DNA from: an uncultured Chloroflexia bacterium
GTDB taxonomy: Bacteria > Chloroflexota > Limnocylindria > Limnocylindrales > CSP1-4
NCBI GenBank assembly: GCA_963813335.1
Contig: CAWEYL010000001.1
Span: forward strand, 320,001 to 384,000
Direction: 5' to 3'
Length of the DNA: 64,000 nt
The notes below the pieces were generated by a model. The model worked only from the letters and a program-made list of their open reading frames with translations. It was not told where the DNA came from and searched no databases. Of the stretch, positions 40,785 to 50,250 are shown in pieces; the first letter of the stretch is position 1; each line of letters begins with the position of its first letter. The position numbers and the translations under genes are program-made.

Positions 40785-42020
40785 TCAGACGAGCTCGGCG
40801 ATCATCGCCGCCGCCCGGGCCGCGCCGTCCGCCGCGACGGGACGGTAATCGATCTCACGGTCGATCTCGGATGCGATGGCCTCGGCGATCGCATCGGGGT
40901 CCGAGGTCGCGTACTCCATCCGCCGGCCGCCGCCGTAGCGATCGAGCCGATGCGCCACGTGGCGGTTCTGCTCGAAGTGGTTGGCCAGCGGGAAGTAGAG
41001 GAACGGCCGCCGCCCGGCAACGAGCTCCATCGTCGTGGTCAGCCCGCCCTGGACGACCGCCATGTCCGCGGCGATCAGGTGCTGGTAGAGGTCCGGGACG
41101 TAGGCGCGGACCTCGACGCCCGAGGGCGCCCGGAGCGCCGCGGGATCGATCCGTGGCCCGGCTACGGCGATCATCCGGAGGCCCGGGACCCGGCGCGCCG
41201 CCGCCGGGTAGCTCGCGACGACGCGCCGGAGCAGCGCCTCCCCGACGCCCGAGCCCCCGACGGTCACGACCACGACGCGTTCGTCGTCGTGGTAGCCGAG
41301 CTCGCGGCGCAGGCCGTCGCGGTTCGCGACGAGCGCGGAGGGGTCGAAGCCGGTCACGTAGCCGGAGAAGGCGAAATGGCGCTCGGTCCACTCGCGGATC
41401 CGCGGCAGTCCCGGTCCGAACACGTCGGGGACGATGTCCTCCGGGTCGCCCACGAAGATCGCCCGATCGCGTAGTCGAGGGAATCGCTCGATGTGCTCGA
41501 TCATCTCGCCGTTGAGGTCGGCCGTCAGGAACGCCTCGCGCTCGCCGCCGGCGGGCATCGGCAGCCAGCCCACGAAATCGGTCATCCAGGCGAAGGCCGT
41601 CCGCTTGAGCTCCGGGTTCTCGTGGAGGTAGTAGTCGACATCCCACGCCTCGTCGCCGACGACGAGGTCGTATTCGCCAGCCTCGACGACCTCGTGGAAG
41701 ACCATGAAGTTGGCCACGAGGATCTCGTCCATCCGGCGTATCGCCTGGAACGCGTTCAGGTCGTGGCCTGCCGATTCGGCGGCGAAATGGGCGGATTCGC
41801 TCGCGAGCCAGTCACTCGCCGGGTGGACCCGCTCGCCCCGCGCCTCGAGCACGGTCGTGACGGGGTGCTGGGCGAGCCAGTCGATCTCGAGGTCCGGATG
41901 GTGTTTGCGCAGCTCATCGGCGATCGCGACGTCGCGCTGCGCGTGACCCAGTCCGATCGGCGAGGAGAGGTACAAGGCGCGGCGGCGACGCGACAGCGCC
42001 CGGGTCCAGGTCGTGGTCAT
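40785..42020 (-). CDS. GT-B fold glycosyltransferase-like protein (GT28/UDP-sugar-binding-like C-terminus)
   Basis: SSPIGLGHAQRD acceptor loop, VTVGGSG, DMAVVQGGLTTTMEL, PL..HFEQ. Confidence 0.85.
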   Translation of the reverse strand: MTTTWTRALSRRRRALYLSSPIGLGHAQRDVAIADELRKHHPDLEIDWLAQHPVTTVLEARGERVHPASDWLASESAHFAAESAGHDLNAFQAIRRMDEILVANFMVFHEVVEAGEYDLVVGDEAWDVDYYLHENPELKRTAFAWMTDFVGWLPMPAGGEREAFLTADLNGEMIEHIERFPRLRDRAIFVGDPEDIVPDVFGPGLPRIREWTERHFAFSGYVTGFDPSALVANRDGLRRELGYHDDERVVVVTVGGSGVGEALLRRVVASYPAAARRVPGLRMIAVAGPRIDPAALRAPSGVEVRAYVPDLYQHLIAADMAVVQGGLTTTMELVAGRRPFLYFPLANHFEQNRHVAHRLDRYGGGRRMEYATSDPDAIAEAIASEIDREIDYRPVAADGAARAAAMIAELV

Positions 42021-42946
42021 GGCTCGTGCCTCCGGAGGGACTCGACGAAGTCGCGGATGATCAGGTTGGACAGGACGGGGTGGCGGCCCGGGATCATGTG
42101 GTCGGCGCCGTCGACGACGGTCAGCGGCGCGCCGGTCAACTCGGACAGGATCCGCGCCCGATCGATCGACTGGCACGAGTCCTCGGTGCCGTGCACGAGG
42201 TGCATGGGACATCGGACGGAACGGCAGATCTCGACGACCTCCTCCCGGGAGAAGGGGAAGTCCGCCTCGGCTTCCGCCACCATCGCGGCAGGATCGCCGT
42301 CCAGTGCCCACGCGACAGCATCCTCGATCGCCTTCGTCGAGTGCGGCTCGGAGGTGATCTCCTCGAAGAAGAACTGCGCGAAATCGGGATAGTCGCGCAG
42401 CCACGCGTGCCGATTGAGCTTGGCCCAGCCGTCATACGAGGGGAGATCCCGATCGAAGTCCATGGCCGCGTACCAGGGGTACGGTGGAGCGAGCCGGGGC
42501 ACGCCGACGGCGAAGGCGACGATCCCGGCGACCCGATCGGGCTGTTCGGCGGCCAGGCGGACCGCCCGCCAGACGCCGTCGGTGCACAGGCCGACCAGCA
42601 CGGCGCGCGGCGTGTCGCTCGCATCCATCACGACGGCGATGTCGCCGGTCATCCGGTCGTCGTGGTACGCGGACGGATCGGTCGGGCGGTCGGAGCGGCC
42701 GTTGCCGCGGCCGTCGTAGGTAACCACCCGGTAGGAGCGGCTCAGGAACGGGACCTGCGCCTTCCACTGGCGCGAATGGATGATCGGGGCCGACGGCAGG
42801 AGGACGATCGTCGGGTCGCCCGTGCCGTACACATCGAAGGCCAACCGGACACCGTCGCCGGCGACGGCCACCCCGGAGCGGTCCGGCAGCCGAGCGCGCC
42901 CGCCATCGTCGGCCAGGGTTCGCGCGAGCGGGACCGACCGCGTCAC
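42017..42946 (-). CDS. Alpha/beta hydrolase with Cys at the nucleophile elbow
   Basis: YDGRGNGRS, elbow VLVGLCTDG, HGTED acid, GADH His. Confidence 0.88.
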   Translation of the reverse strand: MTRSVPLARTLADDGGRARLPDRSGVAVAGDGVRLAFDVYGTGDPTIVLLPSAPIIHSRQWKAQVPFLSRSYRVVTYDGRGNGRSDRPTDPSAYHDDRMTGDIAVVMDASDTPRAVLVGLCTDGVWRAVRLAAEQPDRVAGIVAFAVGVPRLAPPYPWYAAMDFDRDLPSYDGWAKLNRHAWLRDYPDFAQFFFEEITSEPHSTKAIEDAVAWALDGDPAAMVAEAEADFPFSREEVVEICRSVRCPMHLVHGTEDSCQSIDRARILSELTGAPLTVVDGADHMIPGRHPVLSNLIIRDFVESLRRHEP

Positions 42947-43929
42947 CTGGCCGCCTCCAGGCCGTCGACGAACTCCCGGATCAGCAGGTTGATCCGCACA
43001 GGGTCACGCCCGGTCGGGATGTGTCCGGCGCCGCCGAGCAGCACCAGTCGGGCGCCAAGGAGCTCGGCCAACCTCCGGCCGACCGCCGGGCGGACGATCC
43101 GATCCTCGTCACCGTGGATGACCAGGCACGGACAGGCGACGCGCGCCGCGAACGCGAGGCCATCGGCCTGCGTCGGGTCGGCGCCGAAAGCAGCCGGCGG
43201 CTCCATGTAGTCGACCCGTTCGCCGGCGATGATCACCTCAGGATCCGTCTCGAGCGTCCAGCCGACCGTGTCCTCGATCTGCTTGGTGGAGTGCGGTTCG
43301 CTGAACGCCTGGCCGAAGAAGAACTCGGCGAACCCGGCCCAGTCGCGTCGCCAGTAGAACTCGTTGTACTTCGCCCATCCGTCGTCGCGGTCGAGCGGCT
43401 GATCGAAGGGAAGGTTCGGCTCACGCGATCCGCCGGGATCCGGTGGTACCCCGACGTCGACCGCTGCGCCGATCAGGACGGCCCCGAGGACGCGCTCGGG
43501 ATGGGTGGCCGCGAGTCGCAGGGCGTGGCCGGCGCCCATCGACAGCCCGACCGCCACGGCCCGGTCCGTCCCGGTGGCATCGAGGACGGCGAGCGCATCC
43601 CCGAGGAAGTTCTCGCCGGTGTACGACTGGGGATCGAGGGGCCGGTCGGACCGCCCGTTGCCGCGTCCGTCGAACGTCACGACACGGTAGTGGCGAGCGA
43701 GGTACGGGATCTGGCCCTTCCAGTGCCGGGAGTGGATGATCGACCACGTCGGCAGCAGGAGGATCGTCGGGTCGCCGTCTCCGTAGCGCTCCCAATGGAT
43801 CCGGACACCGTCTCGCTCCACGATGCCGGTCATGTCGGGCTGCCTCGCCCGCGACTGTTCCGGTCGCGGCGCCATCGAGCCGGCCGGTCGCGACCGAGTC
43901 GCTGGATCAGGTGGCTGGGCCGTGACCAT
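42943..43929 (-). CDS. Alpha/beta hydrolase with canonical Ser elbow
   Basis: FDGRGNGRS, GLSMG, HGDED, GAGH; start ATG 43929 inferred. Confidence 0.9.
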   Translation of the reverse strand: MVTAQPPDPATRSRPAGSMAPRPEQSRARQPDMTGIVERDGVRIHWERYGDGDPTILLLPTWSIIHSRHWKGQIPYLARHYRVVTFDGRGNGRSDRPLDPQSYTGENFLGDALAVLDATGTDRAVAVGLSMGAGHALRLAATHPERVLGAVLIGAAVDVGVPPDPGGSREPNLPFDQPLDRDDGWAKYNEFYWRRDWAGFAEFFFGQAFSEPHSTKQIEDTVGWTLETDPEVIIAGERVDYMEPPAAFGADPTQADGLAFAARVACPCLVIHGDEDRIVRPAVGRRLAELLGARLVLLGGAGHIPTGRDPVRINLLIREFVDGLEAAR

Positions 43930-44356
43930 CCTGGTACCGCCACAGGACGTTGAGGATCCGCCAGCCGTCCGGGACGCGGACGACGTGGATGTACTCGTAG
44001 TACAGCTCCGTGCTGACGACCACGCTCGCGATGTCACCCGAGACATCGACGACGTCGATCGCGACCGTCCGGTCCCCGAGCGCGTCGTCGCGACCCTCGC
44101 CGGCCGCCGTCAACTCGATCATCCGCTCGGCCGTGGTCGTCCGGACGGCGTTCACCAGGGTCGGGTCGGCATCCCAGGGACGCTTGGCGAGGCTCGGATG
44201 CAGGGCGCGCCGCATGCGCGCGGGATCGGCGTCGTACCAGCCTTCGTAGTAGTCGAGGACGGTGGCTCGGATGGCGGCCTCCACCTCGGGTTCGACCCTC
44301 GCGGGGGCGACGGCCACCCGCCCAGGCGCGTCCGCCCCCGTCGGTCGGAGGCTCAC
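43907..44356 (-). CDS. NTF2/SnoaL-like protein (lumazine-binding_2-like)
   Basis: ATVLDYYEGWYDADPARMRRALHPSLAKR, YEYIHVV..DGWRILNVLW. Confidence 0.8.
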   Translation of the reverse strand: MSLRPTGADAPGRVAVAPARVEPEVEAAIRATVLDYYEGWYDADPARMRRALHPSLAKRPWDADPTLVNAVRTTTAERMIELTAAGEGRDDALGDRTVAIDVVDVSGDIASVVVSTELYYEYIHVVRVPDGWRILNVLWRYQDGHGPAT

Positions 44357-45006
44357 GTCGCTGCTCCTTCCGTTCGCTCCTCGAGCATCCTGATCACGAT
44401 CCCGACCTTGCGCAACGCGGACCGGGCCGGGACGACCGACTCGGGCATCCCCAGCAGGATCACGCTCTCGGCGCCGATGAAGGGCATGCCCATGAGCGCG
44501 GAGACCTCCTCAGCCGTGAACGGGGCGAGCCCGCCGATCCGGTGGGCGACGCGGTCGGCGACCTCGGCAAGCAGCGTGTACCAGGCGCCCTGGAACGTCC
44601 GAACGGCCGCCGCGACCTCCGGGTCGGACCAGCCCGCGGCGGTCATCTCCTGGAGCACCCGGACGTAGCCGGAGGCGAGGTCCTCGTCGAAGAAGTCGCA
44701 CGCGCGCTCCCACTGCTGCCAGAGCGGTTCAGGGCCGCCGAACATCTCGCGCTGGCGCTCGATGAGCCTGGCGTTCTCCGCCTCGAGGACCGCGAGGATG
44801 AGTTGCTGCTTGCTGCCGAAGTGGTAGTGGATCTGGCTGAGCGGGACGCCTGCCGTGTCGGCGACCCGACGGGTGGACAGGCTGGCATAGCCGTCGGCGA
44901 GCAGTGTCGCGCGGGCGGCCGCGAGGATGCTCGCGCGGGTCTCGCCCGTGGCCTGGTCGCGGCGCTCGGCTCGGCTGCCGGTCGTCGCCGGGATCGTCTC
45001 CTCCAC
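44353..45006 (-). CDS. TetR/AcrR family transcriptional regulator
   Basis: ILAAA..LLADGY..LSTRRVA..AGV..SQIHYHFGSK HTH; GTG 45006 lies 6 nt after a TATGCT -10 (GTG 45033 is an alternative). Confidence 0.93.
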   Translation of the reverse strand: MEETIPATTGSRAERRDQATGETRASILAAARATLLADGYASLSTRRVADTAGVPLSQIHYHFGSKQQLILAVLEAENARLIERQREMFGGPEPLWQQWERACDFFDEDLASGYVRVLQEMTAAGWSDPEVAAAVRTFQGAWYTLLAEVADRVAHRIGGLAPFTAEEVSALMGMPFIGAESVILLGMPESVVPARSALRKVGIVIRMLEERTEGAAT

Positions 45007-45029
45007 GTGGCGAGCATACGTCCCACGGC

Positions 45030-45791
45030 TCACGAAGCGACTGCGTAGACCGCGGCCAGGATGAGGACCACGCCGAGCGGGCGCGTGAGCCGCCGGCCGG
45101 ACGGCAGGTTCTTCTCGATGGCCGTGAGGCCGCCGAGGACGAGCATCGCCGGCAGGCTACCGAGGCCGACCCCGAACATCACGAGCATCAGGGACCAGCA
45201 GCACCCGACGCAGAACGCGCCGTGGGCGACCCCCATGGCGAAGGACTCCCGGTACTCGGCGGTCCCGCGCCAGCGGTGGACCACGAAGCCGAGCGGGCTC
45301 CGGCACGCCTCGAGGCAGCGCTCGCGCAGGGGGCTGAACTGCCACAGCCCGGCGGCGAGCAAGGTCGTCCCGATGATCAGCTGCGGGTGCTCGGCCAGCC
45401 AGGGGAGGGCATCCACGGCCGCGTGGATGCCACGGTCCGCGACCCACGCCCCCAGGCCGAATGCGCCCCAGACGACGAGGTAGCCGAGCAGGAGCAGGAC
45501 GACGAGCCGGCCCGGCCGCTGGCGGCGGCCGACGAGCGCGGCGAAGGTCATCACGAGCGGCACGCTCGAGGGCAGCATCATCGCGATGATCATCAGGACC
45601 CAGCCGACGACGAAGAGCGCCGCCTCGAGCGGCACCGGTCCGACGGCCCCGGCGTGGCTCATGTACGGGGCATAGGGCGAGCCCTGCCACCACCACAGCG
45701 CCAGCCAGGCGGCGAGCGCCAGGGAGATGAGTAGCCCGCCCAGGATCGCTCGATCGCGGTGCGGGACGCGAAGGTGGGCGGGCGTGAACAT
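45030..45791 (-). CDS. DUF2182 family predicted metal-binding integral membrane protein
   Basis: WVLMIIAMMLPS, WQFSPL...CLEACRSP, CVGCCWSLM, EKNLP. Confidence 0.9.
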   Translation of the reverse strand: MFTPAHLRVPHRDRAILGGLLISLALAAWLALWWWQGSPYAPYMSHAGAVGPVPLEAALFVVGWVLMIIAMMLPSSVPLVMTFAALVGRRQRPGRLVVLLLLGYLVVWGAFGLGAWVADRGIHAAVDALPWLAEHPQLIIGTTLLAAGLWQFSPLRERCLEACRSPLGFVVHRWRGTAEYRESFAMGVAHGAFCVGCCWSLMLVMFGVGLGSLPAMLVLGGLTAIEKNLPSGRRLTRPLGVVLILAAVYAVAS

Positions 45792-46396
45792 CAGGCGGCG
45801 AAGTGGAAATGCCCCTGCAGGGCGTTGTGGCCGGTGACCTTGACGTTCGGCAGGCCGTAGGGATCGCCGTCGCGGTCGAAATGGTCGGCCTTGGAGGCGA
45901 AGACGGGCGAGCCCGGGATCGTCGAGAAGACGGTCTCCGACAGGATGGTCGGCTTGCCGGTCGCACCCACGTACGGGGTGAGCTCGGCGTCGGCGGCCGT
46001 GCCGACCGTGAGGCGGCCCTTGCCGCCGTCGACCGTGAACGTGATCGGCACGCGCTCCACCGAGACGACCTCGCTGATCAGCCCGGCGAGGTCGGCGATC
46101 GCGCCGCCCAGCGACCCGGTGAAGACCTTGAGGAGCTCCGCCTGCTGCTCGTCGGTCGCGCCGTCGTCGACGAAGACGGCCGCCTTCCATGAGCCGGCCA
46201 GGACGTTGCCGGGGATGTGGACCGACAGGGCGACCGTTCGGCCGCTGACGTCGACGCCCTCGATGGCGCCGCCGTCGATGTGCCAGGCAAGCGCCGAATC
46301 GCAGGTCCCGCCGTCGGGGTCCTCCCCGATCCAGCACGGGCACAGCACGTTGCAGGTGCAAACCTCCAGCAGCTTGCCCTCGATGTCGTACGCCAC
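45791..46396 (-). CDS. DUF1326 family Cys-rich protein
   Basis: LEVCTCNVLCPC..G..PD..C, PGNV..G.W, A.DEQ..L..F.G..GG; GGAGGA SD. Confidence 0.9.
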   Translation of the reverse strand: MAYDIEGKLLEVCTCNVLCPCWIGEDPDGGTCDSALAWHIDGGAIEGVDVSGRTVALSVHIPGNVLAGSWKAAVFVDDGATDEQQAELLKVFTGSLGGAIADLAGLISEVVSVERVPITFTVDGGKGRLTVGTAADAELTPYVGATGKPTILSETVFSTIPGSPVFASKADHFDRDGDPYGLPNVKVTGHNALQGHFHFAA

Positions 46397-46458
46397 CGGT
46401 CGATCCTCCGTATCGTCGGCTCGGCTCGGTCGAGTGACCGATGTCGGTCGGTCGGCCG

Positions 46459-46486
46459 AATCTACAACGGCTAGCACCGATGTCAA
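46459..46486 (-). promoter_or_regulatory. Sigma70-type promoter TTGACA-N16-TAGATT for the DUF1326 cluster
   Basis: Forward TGTCAA at 46481-46486 and AATCTA at 46459-46464. Confidence 0.65.
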
Positions 46487-46593
46487 GCCCCTGCCTTCGG
46501 GCGCCTCCATCGTCGCGCCGGCGACCTCTGCTAGCATCGGGTCGTCCATTCCCGCGCGGCCCTGCCAAGGTCGCGTATCAGCGGAGACCACCC

Positions 46594-48003
46594 TTGACCA
46601 CCCCTTCGGTCGATCCGGCCGACGTCGCGCCGGCCATCGCCGAGCTCGAGACGATCGTCTCGCTCAGCAAGCGGCGCGGCTTCATCTTCCCCTCGAGCGA
46701 GATCTATGGCGGCATCAACGCCGTGTGGGATTACGGCCCCCTCGGCGTCGAGCTCAAGAACAACGTCAAGCGGGCGTGGTGGCGGGCGATGGTCCAGGAG
46801 CGCGACGACATCGTCGGCCTCGACGCCGGCATCCTGATGCACCCCCAGGTCTGGGTGACGTCGGGGCACGTGGGCTCGTTCAGCGATCCGCTCGTGGAGT
46901 GCGCCACCGACCACCGCCGCTTCCGGCTCGACGAGCTGCCGGGCGCCGAGCACCTGACGGCCACCGAGCTGCAGGACCCGACCATCGTCGAGAAACTTGG
47001 GCTGCGCTGCCCGGTGGACGGCGGCCCGCTCTCGGCGCCACGCCGGTTCAACCTGATGTTCAAGACGTTCATGGGCCCGGTCGAGGAGGACGCCTCGGTC
47101 ATCTACCTCCGCCCGGAGACCGCCCAGGGCTCGTACGTCAACTTCAAGAACGTCCAGCAGTCGTCGCGCAAGAAGCTGCCGTTCGGGATCGCCCAGATCG
47201 GCAAGTCGTTCCGCAACGAGATCTCGCCCGGGAACTTCGTCTTCCGGATGCGCGAGTTCGAGCAGATGGAGATGCAGTACTTCGTCCGCCCCGACGAGGC
47301 GGCCGGGGCATTCGAGGACTGGCTCCCCAAGCGACGGGCCTGGTACGAGCGCTACGGCGTGACGCCGTCGCGGCTGCGCCTCCGCGAGCACGCCCCCGAC
47401 GAGCTCGCGCACTACGCCAAGAAGGCGATCGACGTCGAGTACCGCTTCCCCTTCGGCTGGAAGGAGCTCGAGGGCGTCCACAACCGCGGCGACTTCGACC
47501 TGTCGCGCCACAGCGAGGCCTCCGGCGAGTCGCTCGAGTACTTCGACCAGGCCACCAACGAGCACGTCATCCCGTGGGTCGTGGAGACCGCCGCCGGCGC
47601 GGACCGGGCGGCCTTCACGTTCCTGATCGATGCCTATCGCGAGGAGGAGGTACGCGGCGAGACCCGCGTCTCGCTGGCGCTGCATCCCGACCTCGCCCCG
47701 TACAAGGTGGCCGTCCTGCCGCTGCTCAAGAAGCGCCCCGAGATCGTCGAGCTCTGCCACCGGATCAAGGCGGACCTCCAGCGCCACACGATGGCCGTCT
47801 ACGACGACACGGCCGCCATCGGGAAGCTGTATCGCCGCCAGGATGAGATCGGGACGCCGTGGTGCGTCACGGTCGACGTCGAATCGCTCGAGGACGGCGC
47901 CGTGACCGTCCGCGACCGCGACTCGATGACCCAGGAGCGCGTGCCGGTCGAGGGCGTGACCCGCCTGATCCTCGACCGCCTGGACGCCGCCCGCGCCGGG
48001 TGA
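46594..48003 (+). CDS. glyQS: Glycine--tRNA ligase, alpha2 type
   Basis: KRRGFIFPSSEIYGG, YLRPETAQG, GKSFRNEI, REFEQME, YRRQDEIGTP; TTG start after GGAG. Confidence 0.97.
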   Translation: MTTPSVDPADVAPAIAELETIVSLSKRRGFIFPSSEIYGGINAVWDYGPLGVELKNNVKRAWWRAMVQERDDIVGLDAGILMHPQVWVTSGHVGSFSDPLVECATDHRRFRLDELPGAEHLTATELQDPTIVEKLGLRCPVDGGPLSAPRRFNLMFKTFMGPVEEDASVIYLRPETAQGSYVNFKNVQQSSRKKLPFGIAQIGKSFRNEISPGNFVFRMREFEQMEMQYFVRPDEAAGAFEDWLPKRRAWYERYGVTPSRLRLREHAPDELAHYAKKAIDVEYRFPFGWKELEGVHNRGDFDLSRHSEASGESLEYFDQATNEHVIPWVVETAAGADRAAFTFLIDAYREEEVRGETRVSLALHPDLAPYKVAVLPLLKKRPEIVELCHRIKADLQRHTMAVYDDTAAIGKLYRRQDEIGTPWCVTVDVESLEDGAVTVRDRDSMTQERVPVEGVTRLILDRLDAARAG

Positions 48004-48010
48004 TGGCGAG

Positions 48011-49003
48011 GTGGTGATGGGCAGCGCGCCGGACGACGCCCGGGTCCGCGACGCGATCGTCGCCTGGCTGGGGAGCCTCGATGGGGGGCAGCGGGCGACG
48101 GCGACCTTCCCGTTCGACGCGGAGGAGCGCTTCGCCTGGGACTACCGGCCGGTCCCGCGCGAGGGCCTGGCCCTCGCCGACATGCGCGCCGCCCAGCGCG
48201 ACCTCGCCTGGGGGGTCGTCGACGCCTCGATGAGCGCCCGCGGCGCGGCGGAGATCCGCTCGATCGTCGAGCTCGAGCCCATCCTCGGTGCCATCGAGCG
48301 TCGCGAGGGCCGCTCGGACTGGACCCGACGGGACCCGGAGCGGTACTGGTTCGCCGTCTTCGGCGACCCGGCGGGGGCGGCGCCGTGGTCGTGGCGGATC
48401 GGCGGACACCATGTCGCGATCCAGCTGACCGCGATCGGCGGGCGCGTCGTCGCCGCCGCGCCATCGTTCCTCGGTGCCAACCCGGCGACGGTCCCTGACG
48501 GGCCGCTGGCCGGCCGGCGGGCCCTGACCGGGGAGGAGGGGCTGGCCCGGTCGCTGCTCGCGTCGCTGACGCCCGCGGAGCGCGTCGTAACGGTCGTCGA
48601 CCCGGTCGCGCCGCCAGACATCCTGAGCGGCAACGGGCGCCGGGCGACGGTCGACCGGATCGCGACCGGGATCCGCCACGACCAGCTGCCGCCGACCGGG
48701 CAGAGCGGGCTCGAGGCATTGATCCGGCACTACCTGGACCGGGCGCGCGCCGTCGTCGCCGATGCCGCCTGGGAGCGGATCGCCGCCGACGGGCTCGCTG
48801 GCGTCACGTTCGCCTGGGCGGGCCCCGACGCGCCGGGGCGCGGCCACTACTACGCCGTCCGCGGGCCCAGCTTCCTCATCGAGTACGACAACACCCAGAA
48901 CCGCGCCAACCACATCCACGCGGTGTGGCGCGACCTCGCCGACGACTGGGGCGAGGACACCCTCGCGGCCCACTACCGGGCGGCGCATCCCGTCAACACC
49001 TGA
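48011..49003 (+). CDS. DUF3500 family protein
   Basis: DPERYWFAVFGDP, WRIGGHH, PSFLGANP, HYYAV.GP.FLIEYDNTQ..ANHIH.VWRD. Confidence 0.9.
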   Translation: MVMGSAPDDARVRDAIVAWLGSLDGGQRATATFPFDAEERFAWDYRPVPREGLALADMRAAQRDLAWGVVDASMSARGAAEIRSIVELEPILGAIERREGRSDWTRRDPERYWFAVFGDPAGAAPWSWRIGGHHVAIQLTAIGGRVVAAAPSFLGANPATVPDGPLAGRRALTGEEGLARSLLASLTPAERVVTVVDPVAPPDILSGNGRRATVDRIATGIRHDQLPPTGQSGLEALIRHYLDRARAVVADAAWERIAADGLAGVTFAWAGPDAPGRGHYYAVRGPSFLIEYDNTQNRANHIHAVWRDLADDWGEDTLAAHYRAAHPVNT

Positions 49004-49123
49004 GCGGCCGGCGCGCGTCTTCGCGCGCCGAAGGGTCGCGTACACTGCGAGCGCGAACGCCGACGATCGCCTCGCCGAGTCCGGCGTGATCCAGTCGACG
49101 CGGTCGCCCTGAGGGAGCGAACG

Positions 49124-49414
49124 ATGGGACTCTTGAACATCATCTTCGGTGCGCTGCTGCCGAGGTTCACGCTGCTCGTGGCGTGGTCGAACGACCAGCC
49201 GTACTGGGGCAACCTGTTCGGCTCGGGGGTCTGGTTCCTGGGTGGCTTCCTCTTCTTCCCATGGACCACGCTGACCTACGGGCTGTTCCAGTCGAACGGC
49301 ATGACCCTCGTGAACTGGATCTTCCTGCTCTTCGCGCTGCTGATCGACCTCGGGACCTGGGGCGTCGGCTTCTTCGCCGGCCGCAAGGAGTACTCGTCCT
49401 ACCGCGGCTCCTAG
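49124..49414 (+). CDS. Small hydrophobic membrane protein
   Basis: About 3 hydrophobic segments, LLPRF, FPWTTLTY; GGGAG SD and TACACT -10 at 49041. Confidence 0.75.
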   Translation: MGLLNIIFGALLPRFTLLVAWSNDQPYWGNLFGSGVWFLGGFLFFPWTTLTYGLFQSNGMTLVNWIFLLFALLIDLGTWGVGFFAGRKEYSSYRGS

Positions 49415-49420
49415 CGCTCG

Positions 49421-49449
49421 GGTGTCAGCCGTCGCCCACGGCTGACACC
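49421..49449. terminator. Perfect 12-bp hairpin between convergent genes
   Basis: GGTGTCAGCCGT-cgccc-ACGGCTGACACC; no U-tract. Confidence 0.6.
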
Positions 49450-49474
49450 GCCGCGTTCGCTGTCAGGCCAGGTC

Positions 49475-50155
49475 TCAGGCGACCGCGCCCGCAAGTTCCC
49501 GCTCCGGCTCGCGCTCGGGGCGCCACAGCCCGCTCGCCGCGTACTCGCGGACATCCCTGATCGCGGACTTCTGAGCCGCCCGGCGGATATCGAGCGAGAC
49601 GTCCATCGGCTGGGCGTTGAAGAACGTCACATCGGTGATGCCGACGAACCCGAAGATCGTGCGCAGGTACGGCTCGACGAAGTCGTACGGCCGCATCATG
49701 TCGCTGGAGTAGTCGCCGCCGCGCGACGTGACGCAGATCATCTTCTTGCCGTGGACCAGGCCCTCGGCGATGCCCATCTCGTTGTAGCGGAAGAGGTAGC
49801 CGGGCTGGATGATCGCGTCGATGTAGTACTTGAGCACGTATGGGATCCCGAGGTTCCACATCGGGACCGTGAACAGGTAGACGTCGGCGGCCAGGAACTG
49901 CTCGATGGTCTTCTCGATCTGGCGCCACGAGTCCTGCGCCTCCTCGTCGAGGTCCTGGCCGGTCATCAACCGGTACTTGGTCTCGATGTTCTTGCCCGCG
50001 ACCGACGGCAGGTCGGCGTGGAACAGGTCCAGGCTCGTGACGACGAGCTCGTCGTCCTGGTCGTGGAGCGCCTCGAGCAGGCAGTTGGAGACCCGTGCCG
50101 TGTTGGATGCCAGCCCCCGCGGGGTGCAGATCACGTGGAGCAGCTGCGTCGCCAT
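49475..50155 (-). CDS. azoR: FMN-dependent NADH:quinone oxidoreductase / azoreductase
   Basis: TPRG..SNT, PMWNLGIP..LK.YID, TSRGGDY, YLRTIFGFVGI. Confidence 0.9.
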   Translation of the reverse strand: MATQLLHVICTPRGLASNTARVSNCLLEALHDQDDELVVTSLDLFHADLPSVAGKNIETKYRLMTGQDLDEEAQDSWRQIEKTIEQFLAADVYLFTVPMWNLGIPYVLKYYIDAIIQPGYLFRYNEMGIAEGLVHGKKMICVTSRGGDYSSDMMRPYDFVEPYLRTIFGFVGITDVTFFNAQPMDVSLDIRRAAQKSAIRDVREYAASGLWRPEREPERELAGAVA

Positions 50156-50250
50156 CGTCGATCCCACCTTTCACTCCCTGGCGTCCGGTCGGTCCCGCCC
50201 TCCGGGATCGAACGCCTGGGCGGCAGGCTGGGCCTGGCCGGGACGGCCGT

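Noticed and set aside
46487-46593. T-box riboswitch before glyQS
   Set aside because: The leader is too short and has no TGGNACC antiterminator bulge or terminator.
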